Assembly (NCBI GenBank): GCA_032718475.1
Contig: JAUCBJ010002554.1
Span: forward strand, 1-50,020
Length of the DNA stretch: 50,020 nt
Origin: Nemertoderma westbladi
Taxonomy: Eukaryota; Animalia; Xenacoelomorpha
Direction of reading: 5' to 3'
Made by a program: the position numbers and the translations under genes. Under the pieces are notes generated by a model. It made no database searches, was not told the origin of the DNA, and saw only the letters and a program-made list of their open reading frames with translations. Position 1 is the stretch's first letter. The number at the start of each line of letters is the position of its first letter. Below, piece after piece: positions 1-12,244 of the stretch.

Positions 1-124
1 ATTGCCTACTGCAATACAGAAGCGATATCCGTTATTGTTCTTACCAGAACAATATTAAACTGTATTTAATGCCTACACTGCAATACAGACTAAATATCCG
101 TTATTGTTCGCGCTTTTAGACCTT

Positions 125-800
125 TGGCAGTTTAACCCGCCAAATTATGATGTCTTCTAGATAATAAATCACTTTTAGCCTATGACAAGTATTTAATTCA
201 CTACACTAGTCGAAACCAATCTGTGCGCGATCATTCACCCGCTGGATATACCCGGGAGATTGGGTTCGACGGCTTAATCTTATTGCTATGTAAGCCTAAT
301 GTATTATTCGACTGACAGTATTATATAATCTCTGACAATATTATTCACCTTCGGGAAATATTAACAGTTCCTTTAGGACGTGGCGCTCTATCTATATAAA
401 CAGAGTTATGACTTAAACTACTCACAACGATATGGCTTAGTTACAATTCACATATATGGCGCATTCTTTAGGAAATGCTTCGTTATCAGTCTCACTCATA
501 CACAATGCTGCACAATACTGCACACTAATCTGCCGATCTTCACTGATTTTAGTCACATATAAAAGGAACACGGACCGAATCATGTAGGGTCTATCAAATA
601 ACATTAGATTCACTTCAAACCACTTTAACATAAGTCACAATTGTTATATGTAACCCTTCTCTCTTACCTTCGGTATATCAAGAATATTGGGTTTCGGGGT
701 TATTTATCGTTATTCCAAATATAATAATTCATCAACCATATTATGAAGAACTGACAGTAAATAGCAGTATAACAATATAAAGTATGCACAGGTTGTTTGA
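125..800. mobile_element. Left part of an unclassified non-autonomous interspersed repeat (copy 1), interrupted by the CR1 LINE
   Basis: Colinear similarity to 24381-25060 (shared gcagtttaacc, tgcgcgatcattcaccc, ttcgggaaatattaacagttcctttaggacgtggcgctct, gcgcattctttaggaaatgctt). Right boundary approximate. Confidence 0.75.
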
Positions 801-1040
801 TTAGGTTGGTTGATATGATATTGGTTGATATGATGATACTGATACTTAACAGGGCAATGTGAAACATATTGAGTACCGGTACCAATTGGACACTTGGCTG
901 CAATTCTCATAAACTGCAATACTTCTTATTATATATAATTATCTGATCTTTATATCTTTATTTGATTTATTATATGTGCACGTGTAATAGTTCACTACCA
1001 TCGACGGCTGCATTGTCATTGTTACTATTATATTTCTGCA

Positions 1041-2189
1041 ATGAGCGGCACGAAGAAGGGTAAGCGGACTGCTGCTACACGAGTATCGCTCGCTACTGAC
1101 GCAGGGTCTAGATTACCAGTTTCTAGTCCTTTGCCAACTGCTAGGCCTACTAGAATCGATATGTCGAAGTTATTTTCGTGCGATTCGTGTTCAGCTTTGT
1201 TCGTATCCAAAGCAGACTTTGACATACACTCAACTTCATGCGGATTCGATTCTGTCTCCGAGAATGACTCGGTTAACGATTGTTGCCCCCATTGTGATAA
1301 GAAGGTGAGTGGCAGCAATTGTTTGGGGTGCGAGGTCTGTGGTCATTGGATTCACGGTTCCTGTCTTCGTCTTTCGGAGGCGCAACTTGCTGTGGTTGGT
1401 AACTGCAAAAACTGTAAGATCGTCTGCAACAAATGTGAAGGTCAATGGGATTCAGCAATCAGTGACTATTCTCGGTTGGATTCTACCTCGAAGAGAGATA
1501 ATGAACTGCTAAATAAACTCGAGAAATCTCTAAAAGATCACACTGCTCTATTAAACACTAAGTTTGAAGATTTGCGGAGTGAAATCGCAGCTAGGGACGA
1601 CTCCCCGGTAGATAGCTCCTCCAACCCATGGTTCAAAGTACCTGTGACTACAACGAACAGGGGGAACACTAAAGCTTCCTCTTCTCGTGTCCCGATGATT
1701 TCTGTCGACGATGTAGGAAAGGAACTTCAAGAGCAGCAGAAACGGGAGAAAAACTTTGTTATACGCGGTCTCGATCTACCAGAGGATAAAGGCAAAGAGC
1801 TGGAATTCGTTAACAGTTTCATAAGTAAGGAATTATCCATCGCGGGATCCGTTGATAAAGTACTATTTAGGCGCAACAAACATGGCGAAGGATCATCATT
1901 GTTAATTGTACAAGCATCAAATCTCGTAAGCAAGTCCCAAGTCATAAAGGAGAAGTCGAAACTGAGAAATTCCGTTGATCATCGGAATGTCTTTATTGAC
2001 AACGATCTAACCAAACTACAGATGCAGCAAGCTTACCTACGTCGACAGTCGAGGGCTTCCAGACCACTAGGACATGCGACTACAACCACAGCCAGCGCGT
2101 TTACTCTGGCTACCCCAGCTGATTCCGCCAGACCTACTGCTACTGGCACCCAGGAGCATGCCGTCCGGGGAAATCTGGGAAACGCGTAA
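1041..2189 (+). CDS. LINE ORF1 protein: Zn-finger-like CxxC...H...C, PHD finger, coiled coil, CR1-type C-terminal region
   Basis: CPHC...CEVCGHWIHGSC...CNKC is a C4HC3 PHD pattern. REKNFVIRGL and VFIDNDLT are motifs typical of CR1-group ORF1. Confidence 0.85.
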   Translation: MSGTKKGKRTAATRVSLATDAGSRLPVSSPLPTARPTRIDMSKLFSCDSCSALFVSKADFDIHSTSCGFDSVSENDSVNDCCPHCDKKVSGSNCLGCEVCGHWIHGSCLRLSEAQLAVVGNCKNCKIVCNKCEGQWDSAISDYSRLDSTSKRDNELLNKLEKSLKDHTALLNTKFEDLRSEIAARDDSPVDSSSNPWFKVPVTTTNRGNTKASSSRVPMISVDDVGKELQEQQKREKNFVIRGLDLPEDKGKELEFVNSFISKELSIAGSVDKVLFRRNKHGEGSSLLIVQASNLVSKSQVIKEKSKLRNSVDHRNVFIDNDLTKLQMQQAYLRRQSRASRPLGHATTTTASAFTLATPADSARPTATGTQEHAVRGNLGNA

Positions 2190-4564
2190 CGGGGGAATAC
2201 CAGACGCACTGTGTCTCGCCTTTCATAGAATGTTGTTGCTTCAACGCCCAATCTCTAGGTAACAAATTGGCCGAATTGAACGCTTTTTTGGCCGACTGCG
2301 AATTTGACGTAATCGGAATTACGGAAACCTGGCTGACGAGCTCCTTTACTGATGGTATGCTGTCCGGGAACGGGAAGTTTAGTGTTTATCGCAACGATCG
2401 TGTTTTAAGGGCAGGCGGTGTCGCAATCCTTATCCGTGACTGCGCCCTGGGAGCACCTATCCATCGAATTGAACTTTCTGGTGAAAAATTCGAAGGTCTG
2501 GAGATCGTCGCCCTCGATCTCGTAGGTCAGCATCCTTGCCGTTTGATTTGCGTTTATCGAACCCCTTCCTCGTCAAACGATGATGATCGCCGGTTATGTC
2601 TGGGTTTATCAGATTTATGCAATGTGGACTTTCCTGTAACAGTTTTTGGTGACTTTAATTTGCCTCTTTTTAACTGGTCTGATGGATCCCACCCTGATAA
2701 TAGTCTCTATAATACTTTTTCTAATTTTATTTTAGAAAGTGGCCTTGAACAACTCCAATTTAAACCAACTCGCTTAAATAGTGTGTTAGATCTTGTTTTC
2801 ACTTCTGAGGATATGTTCGTATCTGATGTTGATACTCGCGAAAATTTTTCGACTAGTGATCATTCAGGAATTATTTTTAGTATCGTTTCTCCTAAACAGT
2901 ATGTTCAAAATGATGATGCCGGTTTTTATAACTTTAAGAAAGGCAACTATATAAGCTTTGGTGCATACTTAGATAATTATAACTGGTCCGATGTATATAA
3001 CAATTGTGAATCTGTGGATGATTATTGGTTGGCATTTGCCGAAATTTTGAAATCCGGTATCGAAAAATTTGTACCTTTCACTAAAATTTCAAGTAATAAA
3101 TCACATCCGCGCTTTATAACGAAATTACAAAAGCGAAAGAAATTGTTATGGCGTCGTCGCCACACAGAAAACGGCCAAGAGGAGTATAAGAAATGTGCCA
3201 AGGCCGTTTCTAAAGGCATCTTTAGAGTGGCTTGTGCACGTGAAAACAAAATATTAACATCTGGCAAGCCTAACGCTATTTTTACTTATGTTAATAGCAA
3301 ACGTAAAGTCAGATCGGGTATATCTGCGTTTAAAATGAATGGCAAAGTAATAATTGATGACACTACTAAAGCACATATATTTTCTGAAGTTTTTTCTGAG
3401 AATTTTACAAAGGATAATGAATCAATGCCTATTTTTAACCGTAGAGTAGCTAATGGTGTACACATTTCCACTGTAGATTTTTCCCCTGGTGCTGTTTATT
3501 CTGTACTTAAGAATATTAAGGCTAAATGTGGAAAAACTCCAGATGGTTTTCCCAGTTTTATTTTTGCGAAACTACCTAAATGTTTATCTGTTCCGTTGTC
3601 TATTTTATTTAAAGTATCATTTGAATCTCACGCTTTACCCTCTATATGGCTCACTGCTAACATTATCCCCCTCTTTAAGAAGGGCAGCCACACTAATCCG
3701 TATAACTACCGCCCCATTTCGCTTACATGTGTAACATGTAAAATAATGGAGTTATGTATCAAAAATGATGTATTATTGTACCTAAGGTTGCATAATATTA
3801 TTAGTAAGTCGCAACATGGATTTATGAAACGTCGCAGTACTTGTACTCAATTGCTTGACAGTACTAATAAATGGTTTAAGCTGCTTGACAGTCGCAGCTC
3901 TATAGACGTTATATACATAGATTTCGCCAAGGCGTTTGATTCTGTCGTTCACTGTAAACTTTTGGCTAAACTTGCTAGCTACGGTATCTCGGGTCACTTG
4001 TTATTGTGGATTGGTGCTTTTCTATGTAATCGTACCCAACAAGTCTTGGTTGGTAATACTATTTCTGTCGTAAGCAAAGTTATATCAGGTACAATTCAAG
4101 GAAGCGTTTTAGGGCCATTATTATTTTTACTCTATGTTAATGATTTACCTGATATTATAGGTACCGGCACCTGTTGTAATTTATTCGCTGACGATCTCAA
4201 GTTGTACAGCAAATCATCAGACATCCATTCATTGGCAGAAGCTCTCAAATCACTAGAGACTTGGGAAAATGAGTGGCAGGTCAAGATAGCTGCACACAAA
4301 TGTTCAGTAGTTCATTTATCTACAACTTGTATAAAGGTGTCACCTGTGCAATACTTTCTTAATGGTAACCTTATAAAAAATGATGACTTTTGTAGAGATC
4401 TTGGTGTAATTGTGAATCATGATTTGAAATTTGATCTTCACTACCGTGAACAAGTAAAGAAGGCGTATAGAGTAGTGAATATTTTATTTAAGTGTTTTTA
4501 TACCGGTAACCTGAAAGCCATTTGTACAGCGTATAAGTCATATGCCAGACCATTACTAGAATAA
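2177..4564 (+). CDS. LINE ORF2: apurinic endonuclease plus reverse transcriptase (no in-frame ATG before the first APE motif; premature stop at 4562)
   Basis: APE motifs CFNAQSLGNK (upstream of the TTG called at 2267), GITETW, GDFN, LDLVF, SDH. RT motifs YRPISL, QHGF, DFAKAFD, QGSVLGP, FADD, DLGV. The frame is open from 2123. Confidence 0.9.
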   Translation, partial: GKRVTGEYQTHCVSPFIECCCFNAQSLGNKLAELNAFLADCEFDVIGITETWLTSSFTDGMLSGNGKFSVYRNDRVLRAGGVAILIRDCALGAPIHRIELSGEKFEGLEIVALDLVGQHPCRLICVYRTPSSSNDDDRRLCLGLSDLCNVDFPVTVFGDFNLPLFNWSDGSHPDNSLYNTFSNFILESGLEQLQFKPTRLNSVLDLVFTSEDMFVSDVDTRENFSTSDHSGIIFSIVSPKQYVQNDDAGFYNFKKGNYISFGAYLDNYNWSDVYNNCESVDDYWLAFAEILKSGIEKFVPFTKISSNKSHPRFITKLQKRKKLLWRRRHTENGQEEYKKCAKAVSKGIFRVACARENKILTSGKPNAIFTYVNSKRKVRSGISAFKMNGKVIIDDTTKAHIFSEVFSENFTKDNESMPIFNRRVANGVHISTVDFSPGAVYSVLKNIKAKCGKTPDGFPSFIFAKLPKCLSVPLSILFKVSFESHALPSIWLTANIIPLFKKGSHTNPYNYRPISLTCVTCKIMELCIKNDVLLYLRLHNIISKSQHGFMKRRSTCTQLLDSTNKWFKLLDSRSSIDVIYIDFAKAFDSVVHCKLLAKLASYGISGHLLLWIGAFLCNRTQQVLVGNTISVVSKVISGTIQGSVLGPLLFLLYVNDLPDIIGTGTCCNLFADDLKLYSKSSDIHSLAEALKSLETWENEWQVKIAAHKCSVVHLSTTCIKVSPVQYFLNGNLIKNDDFCRDLGVIVNHDLKFDLHYREQVKKAYRVVNILFKCFYTGNLKAICTAYKSYARPLLE

Positions 4565-5016
4565 TGTACTGCCATTTGCTCTCCATTTACGTTAGGTAGT
4601 ATTGATTTAATCGAACGGGTTCAGCGTTACTTCACCCGGCGTCTTTTTAAGCGCTGTAACCTCGGCAGCCGTAGTTACATGGAGAGAATTAATTTTCTTA
4701 AGCTACAACCTCTAGAAGTACGTATATTTATGATTTAAAAATGGTGTATAGTATTTTTCATAATGATGTTGATCTAAATTTTAATGACTTTTTCACTTTA
4801 AGTACCAATATTAGAAATAGAGGCCATAACCGTAAGCTTTTCAAATCGTTTTGCCGTCTACAAATTGTAAAAAACTCTTTTTCAAACAGAACTGTAGATA
4901 TTTGGAATTCCTTACCCGAAGAAATTGTCAATTCTGCAAATGTAAATATTTTTACTGATAAATTGAAAGATGTTGATCTATTGCCATATTGTCATTTTAA
5001 CAGATTTTTAAATTAA
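4565..5016 (+). pseudogene. Disrupted C-terminus of LINE ORF2
   Basis: TAA sits where Y of the PLLEY motif is expected. The frame continues IERVQRYFTRR, shifts near 4730, then gives NRGHNRKLFK...FSNRTVDIWNSLP (CR1 C-terminal motif). Confidence 0.8.
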
Positions 5017-5719
5017 CCACATATATTTTTTATTTGTTTTTATTTATATTTAATCTACCAAATAGTTTTTAATATTTTTGTCATTTTTATAATAAGGATC
5101 AACAAATTATGTTTTTTTTACTTGATGATATAATCTCTGTTTACTTGGTTTTATTTCGTTGGTCATTCTTGTAGTTTTATTGTTGTTGTTTGTATTTTAG
5201 CGTTTATCCCTCTATCTGTTGCCTTTGCCCTTCTACTTAAATGTGTATTTTATCCACCTGTAAGTGTAATTTTATATATCTAATTATAACTTCTAATTAG
5301 GTATTTGTACCTAGGTGGTGTTCCCCCTGTTTATATTTTATTCTTTAAAATTAAACTGAGTGTTTTAAATAAATAAATAAATAAATAAATAGGTATGGTA
5401 TGTTATGTTGTGATAAATGCAGTGATCAGACATCAGATAACGGATATATGTCCTTATAATTAAGCCTACTAGTGTAGGGCTAAAGCCGTTCTTCCTGGCT
5501 TAGAATCACCAACAACACTAAAAACTGATAAGAATAACTATAAGAATACCAGCTACCCTTATTCTACAAAGATCTCACCCACCACAGAGAATGAGCATAC
5601 AGATAGGAAATTCAGTTCAGTAGATCTGTGATAGGTCAAAATCAAAACCAACTCAAATCCTATTGGCAGATACAGAAGGCAGGGCTATGGGGCAACGTGG
5701 CAATATCAGCCGTTAGCCG

Positions 5720-5932
5720 TCGTCATGGTAGCGACACTGTTTTCAAGAGTATCGAGCTTTTACGTCACGAAATTGCAGATTATGTCCTCTAAAGTACAAA
5801 TACAGAAGAAATGGCTTTTATGTCCTCCAAAACACCAGTACAGCAAGGACACGGCCTTTTTATGCCTGGTAAACCAACCACAGAGTACTTTACGGGGATA
5901 ATAACCGGCTAATTACGCAAAAGCTTTTACAA
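5720..5932. mobile_element. Right part of interspersed repeat copy 1
   Basis: Matches about 25360-25549 (repeated atggcttttatgtcc units, cagagtacttt..cgggga, cgcaaaagc.tttaca). Confidence 0.7.
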
Positions 5933-5968
5933 CATTTATAGCACAAACTACAAGCAGCTACTCATGGA

Positions 5969-6367
5969 GTGGATCCACATGCATTCTTATCTTTCCTGGG
6001 TGACTTTAATGTCTCCTTCACTCCTCAACATCGCCATGAGTCTACATCACAAATCACACGATTCATACAGTATCGCAGTTCGAACCAAGATTTATCCGTA
6101 CACGAAATCTATAAGACTTCAAACCTGGTCGACAATATTATAATGTCCTTCACACGATTTAGAGTTTCTTCGCACAATCTACTGTCTGAAAAAGGACGAT
6201 GGAAGATTCCACCATTATTGCAACGAGGCTCGAGGAAGTGCACCTGTTCCGATGAAATCCAAGACGAGTTACATGTGGTATCCTTGTGCAAGATTACATT
6301 GTCTCAAAGAATTTTCCACGGACTTTACCCTTGCAATCTAACGGTGTTTGAGTTGCGCCGATATTAA
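5969..6367 (+). pseudogene. 3' fragment of another LINE ORF2 (C-terminal Cys/His motif region)
   Basis: TRFRVSSHNLLSEKGRW...RKCTC..EIQDELHVVSLC resembles the RFRxSSHxLxIExGR / C..EDExH..C C-terminus of L2/CR1-group ORF2. Confidence 0.65.
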
Positions 6368-6539
6368 AAAGTTATGTATCTTGCTAACAAAAATCCTAAA
6401 TAAGTTCAATTAGAATCGCCGTACAAAAGTCCATATCTACTCCAGAAGGAAATACATTGCAAACCTGGGTCATATAAATCATAATGAACGAGAACTAAAC
6501 TTCGTCAAGGAATCATATTCAGATAGTCCTGGTTTCACA

Positions 6540-7280
6540 TCAAACAGCTGGAAACGGGCAAATCAGACTGGGCTGCGTACCGATTCACGCACTACAGCTG
6601 AGCAACAGGTATGAGGCTCTTACCTCTGAAGAAGCAGATCAATAGTGAGGGCTATACGGCCTTCAAAGAGACAGTTAAGGCAGCATTTGCAGAAACAGTT
6701 CCTGTACCCTCGAAGCAGAAAATGGGCACCCTGGATGGTATGACCACATAAAGACTAAGGCGGCCAAGAATGGGCCAATTCATCAGTTAAGACTACTTAT
6801 AGGTCCCTGAACAGGCAGTACTCTGATAATCTAAAGGAACTTATAAACCTTCAGGTTCATGCCATTACTGATACCGATGACAGCAGGCAATCAGCCCCGG
6901 CATGACATTCGATCAACCTGTCGACTGAGAGGAAAAACCAGCCAAAGTTTATTGCAGAATCGCCATGTGATCGCATCAATGGTTAGAAATCCCGCTTTAA
7001 AAAGCTCCTACTGTAAATATTGACAGGGTAATGCCTGGTAAGTGGAACAAAAAGTCTTTACCCCCAGACAAATACTGTAAGTTGGTGCCAGTTGCTAAGA
7101 AGGGCACCTAACACTATGAATCTTTACGTGGAATCTCATTTAACTCGTTTGCTGCAAAGCTATACAATAGAATTCTATTAAATCGCATCATGGATCCCAT
7201 CCCATTGAGAGACTGCTCCGTGGAAATCAGAACGGGTTCCGTAAAGGTCGAGGGACCATGGAGCCTATTCTGGCTCTTAG
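6540..7280 (+). mobile_element. Degenerate RTE-clade LINE fragment
   Basis: Reverse-complement homolog of 27540-28530 (cagctgagcaacaggtatgaggctctt; gctgcaaagctatacaatagaattctattaaatcgca; cagaacgggttccgtaaagg), with many stops and indels. Confidence 0.8.
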
Positions 7281-9063
7281 CTACTTCCCGCTATATTTTT
7301 CACCCATATTTGACTATTTATTCTCAAGGGGTCATATTTTTACTGTCACCAGATCCTAAAATGTTTACTCCATTATACTTTATGTAAATCTTCGTCATTT
7401 TATTCTTGATATATTTCGTTTCGTTTTCTTCATTCAAAAATATATTGGTATTCAGTAGAATTGTTAAACAGTTTGGTGAAATACACACAGACTTTCGGCT
7501 GTCATATTTCACTTTTAAGTTTACCCCCCTTGTTAAGAATTCCAGGTTTTCACTAAAAATCCAGGTTATAGAAGGGCTGAATCTAACCAAAACAATAAGC
7601 GAATTAGTATATGTAGTGGTTATAAGGTAGAGGTTTTTCGTATCCACTAACATTAGTTTATTGATTTCTTTGTTGGTTAAGTAAATTAAATAATGTGCGA
7701 TCTTTAATTATTTTTGCTAGAAATTTTTACTGTTTGTATATTTGTGAATCTCTCCCAGTTGTATTTTGTATGTAAATACATAATGTAAATACTTATGTTT
7801 AGTGTGCGACAGGCCTAATATAATCAGGTAATAAATAAATAATAAATATTAAATAAATAAGTATTAACAAACGTTTTTAGTCTCACTAAAAGCAATAAAC
7901 TGTAAATAGGTTATAAGATAGAAATAAGCGCTATAAAACACAATTACTTTAAGACATAGACTTGTTTGTTATCTAGAACCCAGCACCTGAAACGGAACTG
8001 TTATACTATACTTTAAGTGAACATAATTGTTAGGAATTATACAGAGAGAATCAATCGAATGATACATAACCATCCCAATTCTAGTAAGCAGATATATTTC
8101 AGGCTCCCTTACGGGCCATACGCCGCGCTAGCTGATTTATATCTGATGTTAAAACGTTTTGCCAAAAACATTAAACAAGATTTCTGTGATAATAAAATTT
8201 GACGGTGAATATTATCGAAGTCTTATAAAAGCGCGAACATAAAACCCGGCCAATAAAACCTTCGGTAACCCCTGCCCTACTAAAATAAATTCATCTAAAT
8301 ATTTGGCTAGTGATATCCGCACAGCAGGTGAAAACATCAGAATTATCATAATCACAATAAACTTTGATTATAACGTGAACTTTATCCTTATCCTTAGGCT
8401 CGCCCCAGTACATCATACGGAACTGGCATAATGAGTCCGGGCTATTTCACTACGTAATTGGGCTGGGAGGCAGGAGTCATTTTATAAGTTTTGTAGATCT
8501 TGTCTCAAAAATTACAATTTTGATGGTATAAGGGTTTTCGAGGTCGCTAATCAGGATGAAACTAGTTAAAATATTTCTGAAAATCCAAACATCATTTTTA
8601 GGCGCCATTCTGGTGCCACAGAACGAAAAGTTTAAGTAGCAAATATTTAAAACTTTAAATTTTGCCGTTGCTTTGTTAATTCTGAAGGTAATTCTTTTCT
8701 GGTTTTCAAGGGCGCTGATCACGATGCAACTCGTTACAAATCATTCGTGGTAACGCAACAATCATTTGTGGGACGAAAAATACAAGTAGCATAACATTTC
8801 AAACGCGAAAATCGAATTTGGTTGGTTTATTACGCTAATTTTGACTTTGAGTGTCATATTCGTGATCAGCATCTCAGATAAATTTTAGGAAAAGTCACGA
8901 AGTCTCGACTTTCACAACAAAGCTGACTCAAAGATACAGATGATTTACAAAAAATGTATAAAATGACCCCCCACACCCCCCCCCCCCCCCCCCCACCCCC
9001 ACCCCCCACCGGGCCAAATAGGATTAACAATAGAGACGTGGACAACAGAATCCCCAGTAAGCG

Positions 9064-9163
9064 AACATATATTCAGTGGGATTACCGTAACATATATTCA
9101 GTGGGATTACCGTAACATATATTCAGTGGGATTACCGTAACATATATTCAGTGGGATTACCGT
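9064..9163. repeat. 25-bp tandem repeat x4 (aacatatattcagtgggattaccgt)
   Basis: Four exact copies, about 800 bp upstream of the ro ATG. Confidence 0.9.
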
Positions 9164-9949
9164 TTGGGTTATTTGTGTATGTTGAACAGAATAATTCAGT
9201 CAAGTTTTGGCTAGTAATATTGGCATCGCAGAGTTACTATTCGTATTATTATATTAAATTATTGTTAATGTTTATTGATATAATTCAAAAATCTCTCGAA
9301 AAACATAATCCTTGTGTATTCGGGGGAATTTCATTATAGTAACAACTATTTTATGTCCTTATCTCGGTATACGAACGGCCCTTCTCCAAGCCACAACTCT
9401 GATACAATAAAGTTTAATTCGTGGCTCATTAAATGCAGCTAAGGCCTCAAGCCTTCATCGATTGACTATAGAAATACCGGTACTTACAATATAGGCGCCG
9501 TTACAGTACAGTTAAATAGGGCCAGCATTATACTGAGCTGTACACACAGCTTCGTACACCATTACCAACATACCTTTGATTTATATTAAAGTTCCCCAAT
9601 CAATAAACTTGTTTAGATATATTAAAGGCCTATGGGCACTGGCTTACAGTGGATCATCAATCTTTGCTCTCGCTTTTTATTAAAACACTAAATATTCTGG
9701 AGAAAAAGGGCTGCGATCGTGAAGTTAATTAGAAACTGCCTTTGGGGGAAATTCGATCGCCGATTTTTCACTTTAATTTGACAGTTATTTCGGGTATTAA
9801 AGGCGAGTTCCTCAAAATTGTAGTTTATCCAAATCACTAAAATATTAAACTACTTTGAATAAATTGTATTGTATTTGTTTTATTTATTATTATAAATTGC
9901 CGTTTTATTTAAAAATAGGAAAGAAGTTGTACATAAAATATATATTAAA

Positions 9950-10293
9950 ATGTCCTCGTTTAGAGAAATTCAGAATTCTGGAAGTTTAAACAAAGAGCAA
10001 GAAATATCGATTAATCAAAGTTTCGGTCCTATAGATTTGCGTAACTTTTCAAATCAATCCGAATTATCTCACAAGTCTAGCATTTTCACATCTATCGATA
10101 AACTTTCTAAGTCAGATTCCGTGACTGCATTCAACGTACAGACGGTTGAAGCAGACAACAGCTCCTACAGTGTACCACTGCCTAGGAGTTTAACCTACCA
10201 TTCATTGGTTATGCCTCTCCAGCTGGCTGCTGATATGTCTGCTGGGGTTTGGCGACCAATCACAAGGAAGGATAATAAACATCGCAGACAAAG
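9950..10293 (+). CDS. ro: rough-class homeobox gene, coding exon 1 (ends in homeodomain N-terminal arm HRRQ-R)
   Basis: ORF ends ...KHRRQ then AG|GTGAGT, a consensus donor at 10294 in phase 2. The AG joins A at 32768 to give AGA (homeodomain R5) in frame with TTFT. Confidence 0.8.
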
Positions 10294-11652
10294 GTGAGTG
10301 CAAATGAGGAATTCCAAACTGTTAATTATTATTATTCAATGGGAGTATCTTTTTAGATGATAATTATTATTATTCAATGGGAGTATCTTTTTAGATGATA
10401 ATTATTATTATTCATTCCCTATAAATTTTTGAATACTTTTTTTACAAATAAGGGGATTACAGGCATCAATACTACGAATACTACTGCTGTAAAGTACACC
10501 TGCTATTCGTATCTTCAGTCAGTAAACCTTTTTCGTTGGATTTCTGGTATTTACATCTACAGCTGCATTCACACACCACTCCTCCACACTGCGGTAGGTA
10601 TGGCTACCGGTTCTACATGGAAGCCATGTGTCTATGAATCTATTGCAAGGTGTCTTCTCCGGTAGAGGTTTACAAACAGGAAAAGGGTGCTGAAAAGGTA
10701 GTTGTGGAATAAATTTATAAAACTATTAGCAAAAGTCCGTACACGGGTATAAAGTATGTGTGTTTAAAGGAGCATAATTTATATACCGCCGGGATAAAAT
10801 AAGAAGAATCTTATATTCGGCAACTAGAGTATGTTGCCGGATGCATTGGTCCTATAATTTGGTAATAATGGAAATATTTAGGAATATATTTAATTTTAAT
10901 TATAATTTTGTTGTTTAAGTCATGTAAAATCAGTTATGTAGTTTCGTGAACATAAGGTTACCTAATTGAAACTCAAAAAATTTAAAAATTAAATCAGAAC
11001 AAAAGGATTACTTTTACAATAATATATTTCTTATTTACCAGTGAAAAAAAATCAGACTTACGGTCGAAATAAATATCATATATACTCTTATATAAGTATG
11101 AGTATGACGCCGCTGCGCTTGGCGACTTTTATTTTCCAACTTTATATCGCAGTGCGTCATTATTTCTCAGTTTGTCCCTATATCATACGTTTACGATGTA
11201 AGTACATTATGTCACCGTGTCTATACACCAATTAACCTATATATATATATACACTTAAATATACACTTATATCTATCTATACATCTAAATACACCATTCC
11301 CCAAATACATAATGAAGTTTATAGTTAATATTTATTAACTTCTTGCGAAATTATATCGTCCGTACGTAGCCCACTTTATTTAACACTTCACTATTTAAAA
11401 CATCAATGTCAAAATTCATTATGTCCAGTACATGCCATACCAATAATATAAACTCGAACATTTCGAACACTAACTTCCATAAATAATACACAATACGTAC
11501 ACGATATTGAGATTCAGTCGTCTAGTATGAAAAAACAATTATAATGGCAGAACAATTTGAATTACAATTACAAAACTAAATGTCATTTAAACACATAAAC
11601 TAATAACATTGTCCAACAATGCCATTACCAATAGATTCAATAATTCTGTTAA

Positions 11653-11872
11653 CTAATTACTATCTGGTCTGAGTTGAGATTCACATCGAGTTAGTAAACA
11701 ATACACAAGTAAACAAGTTTCTACAATTACAATAGCTGAAAGTATTTTACACCTGTAGGCCTTAAATGTTGTCCACCAACCGCCTTTGTACTGAACCAGT
11801 TCTGAATCTTTGACTTTCAGATGCGCAGAACATAAACTTTGTCCGCAGTCTGACTCACTTACAGCTTCATAT
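11653..11872 (-). CDS. Ig gene B exon 4: end of Ig4 plus C-terminal hydrophobic segment (putative tail anchor), stop
   Basis: Acceptor ttctttag|A TAT GAA. RYEAVSESDCGQSLCSAHLKV completes the F-G strands, followed by ILSAIVIVETCLLVYCLLT and about 11 polar residues. Confidence 0.75.
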
Positions 11873-12244
11873 CTAAAGAATAACAAATATATTTAACTTC
11901 ACTAACGTAACCTATATACATTATATATGTAGGCCTATATACGATGGAACTCATTGATCTTCATTATATAGACTATCGGTACATTAGTTTGTTTATTTTA
12001 GTAGATGTTTCAGACAATGGCTGACCTTAATGTTTAGTCTTACCAGCCAGCTGCCATATTTTAGAACAAGACATTGTAATATTGTGAATTCCCTTTTATG
12101 TAGGCCGACAATTTTCCAACTCAAATTACGTCAGTTAGTCAGCTAATGCATTACAGTAATACTGGAGAAAATGTACTTTAAGATATTATTATAGTGCTAA
12201 TGTTCAATAAAAATTACACAAAGGATAAAATATGAAATACAAAC

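Larger units (their letters stand above)
890..5390 (+). mobile_element. Near full-length CR1-group non-LTR retrotransposon (ORF1 PHD, ORF2 APE-RT), probably recently inactivated
   Basis: Two-ORF layout, T-rich 3' UTR (5017-5366), (AAAT)6 tail at 5367-5390. The 5' boundary is approximate. Confidence 0.9.

Noticed and set aside
2267-2269. TTG as the ORF2 start given by the ORF track
   Set aside because: It lies downstream of the first conserved endonuclease motif (NAQSL), so starting there would truncate the domain.
8460-9027. Possible piggyBac-like MITE ending gggccaaataggattaa
   Set aside because: No matching opposite TIR or target duplication found by eye.
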